From Paracoccaceae bacterium (lineage in GTDB: Bacteria > Pseudomonadota > Alphaproteobacteria > Rhodobacterales > Rhodobacteraceae): DNA of 36,239 bases. The translations under genes and the position numbers were made by a program. The DNA lies in contig CABZJG010000001.1 of NCBI GenBank assembly GCA_902525995.1, forward strand, positions 1 through 36,239, given 5' to 3'. Position 1 is the stretch's first letter; each line of letters begins with the position of its first letter. Below, piece after piece: positions 1 to 8,012 of the stretch. The notes beneath the pieces were generated by a model that was not told where the DNA came from, made no database searches, and saw only the letters and a program-made list of their open reading frames with translations.

Positions 1-9
1 TGAAAGCAG

Positions 10-1059
10 CTATTTAGGACCAGATCCCCGTTGGAAGTTCATGGGGTCGCAGTTACTTACTCTGCCGTTAATTCCACATTTGTAAATCCGGACTTCATCT
101 AGATATTCGGGCATATTTACTTGTTGAGGGTTTTTGCAAAAAGCCAACTGGAAGTCGAAACCCAGACTATTCACCATCAGTAAGTTAGGACTGTGACCTT
201 CTAGGTCGTTTTTATCTTTCTTATGATCTATGATCTCTTCAACAAATACATCAAGTGAATTAGATGGATCGCCATGGGCATTATTGTCATCAGGTTGGTA
301 TTCACCATCACCTTCAAGCAAAATCGCAAAATCGCCAATATCGCATATTACCTGCGGTGAAACTGTTACTGCATTATTTCGATGTTCTAGAAGCCTTGCT
401 TCCGTGAGATTATCTTTAAGGATATTAAGCGTTTCAACGAAATTTTTCTCAGCCATTGGATTACCACTCTCTTTATAGCTAATGTTATATTTCCGTTTGA
501 TTTTCAATTTTGTATCGATGGCGTTAAGTAGATCTTCCAAAAAGTGCTCACGTCCCCACCACTTTGTGTAGTAATAACATTCAACAAAAACCTTTTTTCC
601 GTCGGCCTTTTGTACACAAAGATCAGGTTTGGGCTTTTTTTTGGATGCAGGGAACGAAACGGATTGACTATTTTCTGAGAAGTATTCGAAACACTGAAGA
701 AACCACAAAAACTGGTTAAACCTATCCCACTTTATTGCCCAATGGGCTTTTTCATTGCTCCATTTCTTATATTCATCTTCCCAGCCATCTGCTTTTTTTG
801 CGTTTCCCAGCAATGTATTCCAGCGTTTAAAAAGATTGTCGGCATTGTCAGAGTAGGTCGCCATTCGGAATGCCAAACTATGACAGAAATTCGGTTTCTG
901 TTCACAAATAATTTCGTCAATTTCATTGGGCAACTTGCCCAGTTCGCTCAGAAGAGGGTTAGAAGTCCGTCTTCTCAAATAACTATCTTTGTTCGCAGAA
1001 CACTCCAGAGCACTTTTTATTAGTGCTTTCGCGCTGCTATTTTTTGTATTTGTGTTCAT
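10..1059 (-). CDS. Hypothetical protein, possible PD-(D/E)xK nuclease-like fold
   Basis: 349-aa ORF in AT-rich DNA; the segment KPDLCVQKADGKKVFVECY resembles a PD...(D/E)xK core, but the Lys position is Tyr. Confidence 0.55.
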   Translation of the reverse strand: MNTNTKNSSAKALIKSALECSANKDSYLRRRTSNPLLSELGKLPNEIDEIICEQKPNFCHSLAFRMATYSDNADNLFKRWNTLLGNAKKADGWEDEYKKWSNEKAHWAIKWDRFNQFLWFLQCFEYFSENSQSVSFPASKKKPKPDLCVQKADGKKVFVECYYYTKWWGREHFLEDLLNAIDTKLKIKRKYNISYKESGNPMAEKNFVETLNILKDNLTEARLLEHRNNAVTVSPQVICDIGDFAILLEGDGEYQPDDNNAHGDPSNSLDVFVEEIIDHKKDKNDLEGHSPNLLMVNSLGFDFQLAFCKNPQQVNMPEYLDEVRIYKCGINGRVSNCDPMNFQRGSGPK

Positions 1060-1212
1060 TAGAATTTCATCGCTGCTTCCGGAAAATTTCTCTATGGTCT
1101 TGTCCGCTTTTCATTGTGAACACTTAGAATACTTTAAGTTTCTCTTTTCTAGAGCGCCAGAGGTGATTTTCCTCCCAGCGTAGAAAGTCTGTGTCTTGGT
1201 TTGTAAAAGCCG

Positions 1213-1262
1213 TTGATGGGTTCCGCAAAGCTGTAAGGAACTTGGTTTGCGGAACCCATCAA
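1213..1262. repeat. Perfect 17-bp inverted repeat (REP-like hairpin)
   Basis: ttgatgggttccgcaaa (1213-1229) is the exact reverse complement of tttgcggaacccatcaa (1246-1262); 16-nt loop. Confidence 0.9.
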
Positions 1263-1578
1263 GGCCAGCGGTCAAAACCGCGCAAACAGGCCGGACACAT
1301 GACTGCTTCTGACAAATGCACAAATCTAATCAAATATGTCTTGCTATGTAGGAGCCATTCACACAAGATTTTTGCTTTAGGTGCATTGTTAATCTAAGTA
1401 ATTAATAAAGCAGTCAATTACTGTGCTTCTAAACATTACTTGAAATCACAAGGGTTGTAGAACCCATAAATTTTGGAAAAAAAAGAACCTTAACGTGCAA
1501 ATTAAGTTATTATTAATATACCACTCAACGGAATTGATATTTCAATAACTGTGCACTGTCGATAAAGGTATCTGTAAA

Positions 1579-2943
1579 TTGTATAAAAAGTATTTAGGAC
1601 AAACGCTGGTTTGCCGCGCTGAAATCAGTGGACAAATAATATCAGGTAGAATTTCGTTCGCAGACGATAGAATACATGTGAAACTTGTCAATTTTGAAGA
1701 GTTTTTCTGGGTTCAAGAAAATAGCCCAATAGTACTTGAATTAGAGGATTATAGCTACTGTACAGTTATGCCAATCCACTTAACGAATGGGACCATTTCT
1801 GCAGAAGCAGGTCGTATTCATTATTGCGAATTTGATGCGCTCCAAGTGATCGTTGGTGATCGTCCATATGAAAACGAAGACCGTATCAAGGAATTACATT
1901 TCCGTTTATCTGATACTAATAGCATCCTGCTTGCGCCAGATATTATGAATCAAATCGCACAATCAACAATATCTGATGATGTTAATTTTACAATATTCGA
2001 AACTAATCTCGACGATGCGTTAATTTGTATATCATACGGCGCTACAATTAGCCTTCCAATTCAAACGCATACCGTTGGTGAGCCGCATGGCTGCATAAAA
2101 TTCAACAACTCCAAGACAATCGAAGAGATCCATGGTTTTCTTGAGACGCTACATACCTTTTTTACCATGGCAGCAGGTATCCCAGTTTTGACACTAAATC
2201 ATAGCATCACACTAGATCAAAATGGACATGAACCGGCTACTGGCGTTGAAACAATACCTGAACACTTTCAACTTATTTGGCCAAGAAAAATACCTTTAGA
2301 ACAAAAAATTGGCACGCTTAAGCCAGCGGGAATTCTTCGCTGTTGGGAAAACGAGGATCGAGACCTTATGTCTAATTGCTTAAAGAAATGGTTTGAGTTG
2401 CAAAAAGACTGGGCAAAGGCATTTCAAGGGCTTTTTATGGCGACGTATGAATTTTCAAACTTTGATCACAACCGCATCGTGAATGCGTGTAAATGGCTTG
2501 AGGCTACACCCCGTTTCAAAAAATTAGAAAACGAAAAAATCGATAAAAATAAATTGAAAGCCATTCGATGTGCAGCAATCCAAAAGGCCAAAGAATTAGA
2601 TATTAATGATCAAAGTATTAAACTGCTTGAATCTGCCATTAACAACGTAAAAACCAAGACCCAAAAAGAGCGATTAGAAAGTCTTGTAGGTGCTACCAAC
2701 ATAACAGACGAACAAAGGCAGGAGCGGTTAGTTAAGGACGTGAAAGAGGCCTTCTACATTCGGGGGAGTTTTGCTCACGACACTTTTTCCTTTAAAAGTT
2801 CCGAAGACTTTTCAAAATATGTACAGTGTGTTCAGGCTACAGAAGCTTTAGCTTTTCTGCTCCTATTAAATGAATTACCAATTCCTGAAAACTATGAAAT
2901 TATTAAGTCACCAAATCATTTTACAGGGTATTTGAGCACATAG
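1579..2943 (+). CDS. ApeA-like protein (beta-rich N-terminal domain plus C-terminal HEPN), putative anti-phage RNase
   Basis: 454 aa; beta-rich N-terminus, helical C-terminus with the HEPN Rx4H motif RGSFAH (2761-2778); size and layout fit ApeA-type HEPN proteins; TTG start uncertain. Confidence 0.65.
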   Translation: MYKKYLGQTLVCRAEISGQIISGRISFADDRIHVKLVNFEEFFWVQENSPIVLELEDYSYCTVMPIHLTNGTISAEAGRIHYCEFDALQVIVGDRPYENEDRIKELHFRLSDTNSILLAPDIMNQIAQSTISDDVNFTIFETNLDDALICISYGATISLPIQTHTVGEPHGCIKFNNSKTIEEIHGFLETLHTFFTMAAGIPVLTLNHSITLDQNGHEPATGVETIPEHFQLIWPRKIPLEQKIGTLKPAGILRCWENEDRDLMSNCLKKWFELQKDWAKAFQGLFMATYEFSNFDHNRIVNACKWLEATPRFKKLENEKIDKNKLKAIRCAAIQKAKELDINDQSIKLLESAINNVKTKTQKERLESLVGATNITDEQRQERLVKDVKEAFYIRGSFAHDTFSFKSSEDFSKYVQCVQATEALAFLLLLNELPIPENYEIIKSPNHFTGYLST

Positions 2944-3019
2944 ATTTGATCAAATGGATCACTACAAATAACTTAAATAGTAACAGATTCGTCTTCAGAG
3001 TACCTTTTTGAGTTCCAAG

Positions 3020-3090
3020 GCAGCGAAAGTCCGGTCTGCCCGGGCCGCACCGCAGCATCTATGCACATCAGCAAGGTCCGGTTTGGGCCG
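3020..3090 (+). repeat. Dispersed GC-rich intergenic element, copy 1
   Basis: gcagcgaaagtccgg...gccgcaccgcagca...aaggtccggtttgggccg; same length (71 nt) and block order as 6765-6835. Confidence 0.7.
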
Positions 3091-3198
3091 TCCTTGAAGG
3101 CGGAGGGGTCTCTCAATGGACATTATATTCATGCACAGCATTCGTTGACACACCAGATCCGTGTGGCTAAAAATCGCGGAAGAAATTAGGAGTAATCC

Positions 3199-3666
3199 AT
3201 GCTTTCAACCGATCTTGAGTACAGCGATTTTTCCCAGTCCCTTATCATTGGCAGCCATGAAGTGGATATTGATATATTTCGTGAGGCAGGAACAGCTCCT
3301 TGGACTCTCAAAATGCAAGTCGATGGTAAACCTGTGGAATGGCCGCATGTGTTTGTTGCTGACAAAGCCGCCTATGACGCCGCGATGCTACACCTCAAAG
3401 AACGCGGATTGAACCCAGATATGTTTGCTGACGATGACGACTATGGCATCATTGAAAGCCCCCTTGGCCAACGGCTGTTAGTGGAAGGGCATCCGTTTGA
3501 GATCAGCATCTACCGAGGGGTCGATGAACCAGAGTGGATTTTGGAGATCACCAACGCCAAAGGTACATCCCTTATCCTAGATGAGCGGTTCAAGACGGAC
3601 AAAGATGCACTTGGCGTAGCGATAGCCGGTTTCGAAAACGAACCAATCGAAGACTTTCTGGGGTAG
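3199..3666 (+). CDS. Hypothetical protein made of two tandem copies of a ~70-aa domain
   Basis: RBS aggag upstream; halves align (VDIDIFR..WTL..FVADKAA versus FEISIYR..WIL..FKTDKDA). Confidence 0.75.
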   Translation: MLSTDLEYSDFSQSLIIGSHEVDIDIFREAGTAPWTLKMQVDGKPVEWPHVFVADKAAYDAAMLHLKERGLNPDMFADDDDYGIIESPLGQRLLVEGHPFEISIYRGVDEPEWILEITNAKGTSLILDERFKTDKDALGVAIAGFENEPIEDFLG

Positions 3667-3755
3667 TTGTGTGATATCGACTTTGTTTTACCGCACTTTG
3701 GGCGAATGGCCTTATTGCGAAAGCTGCCGTGCGGCTTTTTGAAGCCTCACCAATA

Positions 3756-3849
3756 TCCGTTAATGGGATTTTGCGACGCGGCATCCGATAGAGTCCTGAA
3801 GGTCCGTTAATGGGATTCTGCGATGCGGCATCAGATAGAGTCCTGAAGG
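3756..3849 (+). repeat. Tandem direct repeat, 2 x 47 bp
   Basis: 3756-3802 and 3803-3849 differ at only 3 positions; the unit carries the gcggca..N17..ggtccg blocks of the dispersed element. Confidence 0.92.
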
Positions 3850-4003
3850 TAGGCTTAGGTGAAAAAGTTCACGCGGCGATGCGGCAATCACAAAGCATGA
3901 TGAAAGGCAGCTTAGGGCCGCGAATGCTTTTTCTTAAGGGGGGGGAGCCGACATTCGCTGCAGGTGCGAAAGCACCTCGTTTAGAGCAAAGAGCCGATCT
4001 TCG
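3845..4003. repeat. Further degenerate and inverted copies of the dispersed intergenic element
   Basis: gcaatc-N16-ggcagcttagggccg ending at 3920 has the same spacing as 6799-6835; the reverse strand of 3945-3961 reads gcagcgaatgtcggctc; aggtgc-gaaa-gcacct hairpin at 3962-3977. Confidence 0.6.
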
Positions 4004-4217
4004 TCTGGGCGAAACACTCGGCCAATTCTTGGCTCGTAATCCAAGTCATTGCATCATCCATTGTCATGACCATACATAAATTATCTTCCAATCGGTGTGC
4101 TTTTAGTTTCACAGCAATTTTTTAACCAACCGCGCTAATAACTTGAGGTTGTACTTGGTGCTGGGAACTACATCCTATACCTGTAGAGCTAGATGCAAAG
4201 ATTCGGAGAGGTTTGGA

Positions 4218-5486
4218 ATGGTTAACAAAAATATAAAAGAGACCAAAGGCGCATGGATCGTGCATCATGCCCGCAAAATTTCTATGGATGTTAGTGCCTC
4301 TGCTGAATACTCGGTCTTAGACGAGGCTGGCAAAGCCGCCGACCTGCTGATGCGCTTGGGCGCAACAGATGAGGCAACCCTGCGCCAAACTGAGGTTGCA
4401 GCTATTGCGCGCGCTGCAAACCTTAATCCACGTACAGAACTCCCACACTATTTGAATCTGCTAGCTGAGAAACGTCTAATCGACACTTCACAGGATGAAG
4501 TCCAAGTGCTCGGTATCAACACGCGGGGTGTACTTGGACATGCATCCGATATTTTCGATGCTGGTGATCCCAACGCGCGTGAAATGGCAGCTATCGAGCT
4601 TGGTGAGATAACTTCTCAGGCTCCTTTGTTACTTGCAGATGCAACTGAGTTTGTTAGTGATATATACAAAATGACAACGCCCGAAAGTAGCGAGTTTATA
4701 CGCCGTGCTTCCGAGATTGGATTTGTCGATCAAGAGGGTGATGATCCTAGCAGCATCCTCTTATTCAACGGCAATTTGTTCAAACGAGATAGTGTTGATA
4801 AAGCCGCAAAAGTTCTGTCGTCTCTGTCTTCCACTGAGCAGGCAAAAGTCGTCGAGGTAAATGCGCTGCTAGATTCCAGCGGTTGCCTGTATGCCGCAAC
4901 TTGTGAGAAGTTATTGGGCGGCGCGCTTTTCGAAAAACTAAAAGCTGCTGGTGTAGTCGAGGTCAGCACCGTGTCAAACGAGAGTGGCGAGCATGCCTTT
5001 GTTACTTTGCCCCGTGCTTTTCACAAATTCATCAACCCACTCATTGACGATAGCTTCGATATGGCCAAGGCACTTGTATCTGCCTTGTCATATGGCAAAC
5101 AACAAAGATCTGCGTCTCAAGGTAGAGTTATGAGCTTTAACTGGATCCTGAATGCATTGATCAAAGGCAGTACAATCGGCCCCGCAACAGCGATTGGTGC
5201 GGACTATCGCGTATTGGAACAAAATAGAGTAATACAACTAAGCCCCGCATCGAGTGGGATGTACAGAATGAGGCTTCTCAAAAGAGAAGTTGGTGAACTC
5301 GCTTTACAGGTGCTCAACAATGGTGACGCAAATGCTGAAAGTATCAACACTCCACCAAGCGCCCCAATGTCCATATACGCGGGGCCCGAAACAACTCGTG
5401 AGAAAGTTCGGAAACGTCAAACCCAGCCTAGCAAAAACCACACACACGATATTCTTAGCGCCTTGCGCGGTCAGCGGGGAATCTGA
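4218..5486 (+). CDS. Hypothetical protein with several winged-helix-like segments; first gene of a putative defence pair
   Basis: ATG at 4218 behind ggagagg; repeated helix-Lxxx(G/R)(L/V)(I/V)-beta-hairpin patterns (LAEKRLIDT, ASEIGFVDQ, LKAAGVVEV, LEQNRVIQL); stop overlaps next start (TGATG). Confidence 0.7.
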   Translation: MVNKNIKETKGAWIVHHARKISMDVSASAEYSVLDEAGKAADLLMRLGATDEATLRQTEVAAIARAANLNPRTELPHYLNLLAEKRLIDTSQDEVQVLGINTRGVLGHASDIFDAGDPNAREMAAIELGEITSQAPLLLADATEFVSDIYKMTTPESSEFIRRASEIGFVDQEGDDPSSILLFNGNLFKRDSVDKAAKVLSSLSSTEQAKVVEVNALLDSSGCLYAATCEKLLGGALFEKLKAAGVVEVSTVSNESGEHAFVTLPRAFHKFINPLIDDSFDMAKALVSALSYGKQQRSASQGRVMSFNWILNALIKGSTIGPATAIGADYRVLEQNRVIQLSPASSGMYRMRLLKREVGELALQVLNNGDANAESINTPPSAPMSIYAGPETTREKVRKRQTQPSKNHTHDILSALRGQRGI

Positions 5487-6616
5487 TGGTAGCCAATAAC
5501 GGAGACAAGGGGTATCGGCTCGAAGAGTTGCTGCGTGCCTACTTTATTCGAGCAGGGTTGTTCGCTGTTCGCGGTGTGCCATTACGCGTTGATGGAGAAG
5601 ACCTCACAGATATTGACATTTGGCTGTATGAAAGACCAACTGGTTCGTCCCGCCGACGCCAGATTGTCGATGCAAAGTCGAAAACCAAGCCCAAAGCAAT
5701 TGAACGGCTGTTCTGGACTAAAGGTCTTTATGAACTTTTAGGCGTAGATGGCGCTTACATCGCTACAACAGATACGAGACCGCTTCTTAAAAAGATGTCA
5801 CGTCGCCTTGGATTGTTCGTATTAGACGGCACTGACATAAAAAGAATAGCTGAAAGTGACAAGGTCCTATTCCCCAATCGACTTAGCGAAGAAGATATTG
5901 ATCAGAAGGTCAAAAGTTTTGACAAGTCTCGTCGTAATAAAGACCTTCAGAATGGCTATTTTGATCTTAAATCAGCGCTAATTGACAATTTTGGCAGCGG
6001 TACTGTAAATCGCTCGCTTGAGCATTTTTCGAAGTTTTCAGACGTTGCCGTTCTATCTCACCCAGTTACACACGGAGCTGAGATTAGTCTTCGGCTTGCG
6101 TATCTTGCTGCTTCTTTTTCAGCCATTGCCTTGGACGCAGCACTTACCAAAGTATCCTTCAAATCGCTAGATGAACGCCACCAAACACTTCTCAATGTCA
6201 TACGCTTTGGTGATGATGATGAAGAAACAGGACTTGAAAAGGTGCGAGTTGCTACGGCACTCATTGAGCAATATGCGCCTAACGGAAGCGCGCTATCTCA
6301 GTCAATTTCTAAAGCCATTAGAGATGATTTTGCAAAGGTGCCAGCCGAGATAATTGCGGATCATATTCTTAAGCATCTTAAGGCTGATGGCCTGTTTAAA
6401 GTTGCGCGTGCACTTGAACTTAGAGCCTTTAGCAAGGACCTGCTGGGGTTTGATGATCTTGCTATTGATGAGAAGGCATTTCTCGGCACTCTACTCGACT
6501 TTGTTGGCATAGCACGTCCAGCATTTGCGAAAGCTTGGAAGTCAGACCCAGCCGTTGCCTCAGAGATTCCACCCATTCCTTCTGAACAAGACGATATCGG
6601 GCCGCTATTTGAGTGA
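5486..6616 (+). CDS. Restriction-endonuclease-fold (Mrr-like PD-(D/E)xK) protein with helical C-terminal domain
   Basis: N-terminal KGYRLEE...TDIDIW...IVDAKSK matches the E..D..(D/E)xK catalytic layout; translationally coupled to the upstream gene. Confidence 0.7.
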   Translation: MVANNGDKGYRLEELLRAYFIRAGLFAVRGVPLRVDGEDLTDIDIWLYERPTGSSRRRQIVDAKSKTKPKAIERLFWTKGLYELLGVDGAYIATTDTRPLLKKMSRRLGLFVLDGTDIKRIAESDKVLFPNRLSEEDIDQKVKSFDKSRRNKDLQNGYFDLKSALIDNFGSGTVNRSLEHFSKFSDVAVLSHPVTHGAEISLRLAYLAASFSAIALDAALTKVSFKSLDERHQTLLNVIRFGDDDEETGLEKVRVATALIEQYAPNGSALSQSISKAIRDDFAKVPAEIIADHILKHLKADGLFKVARALELRAFSKDLLGFDDLAIDEKAFLGTLLDFVGIARPAFAKAWKSDPAVASEIPPIPSEQDDIGPLFE

Positions 6617-6764
6617 TTGTTACAAGGAAAGTACTTTCATCGACCAGACTAGTAACTTCGCTTGACGGGTAGCGGGCGATGGCTGATTAGCGAAAACTCA
6701 CGACGCTACAAAACTCGAGTTTTTTACAAGTATCGATCGTTGTTGATAATATATTTTTACGGTT

Positions 6765-6835
6765 GCTGCGAATGGCCGGCTCGACGCGCCGCACCACAGC
6801 AATCTAGATTGCTCGCGAACGGCAGCTCTGGGCCG
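6765..6835 (+). repeat. Dispersed GC-rich intergenic element copy, containing a perfect 16-bp palindrome
   Basis: gctgcgaatggccgg...gccgcaccacagca...aacggcagctctgggccg; agcaatctagattgct (6798-6813) is self-complementary. Confidence 0.72.
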
Positions 6836-6856
6836 AAATTCAAAAGCGTTTGCCAA

Positions 6857-6948
6857 GGAAACCGCCTCTATCTGAATGCAGAGGAGAGGGCGGCATTCTT
6901 GGCCGCAGCCCGTCAGAGCTGATTGAGATCATGCCAGAACAGAGGGTG
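6857..6948 (+). pseudogene. Remnant of a small tyrosine recombinase/integrase
   Basis: GNRLYLNAEERAAFLAAAR, then in another frame PSELIEIMP; both recall the N-terminus of small alphaproteobacterial integrases (RLYL..EERAAFL...TGCRPSE), with the TGCR segment missing. Confidence 0.65.
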
Positions 6949-7059
6949 TTCCCTTGATGCTTACGTCTGAGCTGTGAATTGCCGAAGCGTCGGGACAGAA
7001 TGTTTCGCAGATAGGGAAAATGATCGAGCGTGGGGCGAAAATAGTGGAGGTAGCAAAGG

Positions 7060-7644
7060 ATGCGTCTGACAATCAGCCCCAGCGATCAGGTTCTCAAACA
7101 ATACAGTAACGCGCTCGGCCACTTAGGTGAACGGGATGGGCATAAAGCGCTTGCCCGGGCCGTCAACCGCACGACCAATACAGTTCACTCTCGCGTCGTT
7201 CGAGCAGTTGCTAAGCAATCATCAATCCCCACTCGGATCGTAAGGGACCAAGTAAAAAAGCATACGGTGCGACCGGGGGGAATGGGAACACTCGAGGGCA
7301 TCGTGTATGCTAGAGGCAATCCCATATCTCTAAAGGAGTTCCGCGCTAGACAATTCAGCTATGGGGTCAAAGCAAAGGTCTGGGGAAAGCAAACCCGCTT
7401 TGAGGGAATGTTCATATTCGCTGGCACCTACCGATCCGGGAAGCACGTAGGCAACGGCCATGTGTTCCAAAGGAAAGGCGGATACAGCAGTAAATCAGGG
7501 CGAAACAATGCCATCGAGAAACAATTTGGGCCGGCCGTCCCCACAGAAATCGTAAGGAACGAAGCCAAGGACGAGTTTGAGAGAACCGTCCAGCATATGC
7601 TCCCTCAACGGGTGCAACACGAACTCGCCCGTCTCCTGCCATAG
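7060..7644 (+). CDS. Phage minor tail / tail completion protein, lambda gpZ-like
   Basis: Basic 194-aa protein with ALARAVNRT...ISLKEF...GHVFQR...FGPAVP pattern; RBS ggagg upstream. Confidence 0.75.
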   Translation: MRLTISPSDQVLKQYSNALGHLGERDGHKALARAVNRTTNTVHSRVVRAVAKQSSIPTRIVRDQVKKHTVRPGGMGTLEGIVYARGNPISLKEFRARQFSYGVKAKVWGKQTRFEGMFIFAGTYRSGKHVGNGHVFQRKGGYSSKSGRNNAIEKQFGPAVPTEIVRNEAKDEFERTVQHMLPQRVQHELARLLP

Positions 7645-8012
7645 AGAGACAACAACTTGCCCTACCTGACGTTGGCCTGCGTTCCTTATGGATGCGTGGG
7701 TCATTGCATATGGCCTCTCTCCTTTGCTGCGCGTCAAACAAGCACAAGGGGACGAGAGAGACCGAAAGAGAGGAGCTAAGTGTTCTTGCGGGGTTAAGTG
7801 CGGCCCTTACCAAAAAAAGGGACCGTATTTCAGCAACTTACAGTGCGGGGCTAGGCTACCCCGAGAGTTTCGCGTTTTTTCATTTTTTCAAATCGCGGTT
7901 TAGTTTCGAGCGGCAATCCTGATGTGGGTCCGCTTGGCGACAGACCAGCGCAACGAAACCTAAGCCCGATCTTGTCGAGATTACGGGCCTTGTTGTGGAA
8001 AGAGACTTTAGG

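Noticed and set aside
3756-3920. CRISPR array
   Set aside because: Units are directly adjacent with no unique spacers, only two near-identical copies exist, and there are no cas genes
3810-4079. 89-aa ORF; likewise 6662-6922 as an intact gene
   Set aside because: They run through repeat elements and have no RBS; only the last ~20 codons of 6662-6922 are protein-like (integrase remnant)
3020-6835. Classical integron attC cassettes
   Set aside because: No clear RYYYAAC...GTTRRRY paired boxes, and the integrase remnant shows no IntI features; kept as an unclassified element instead
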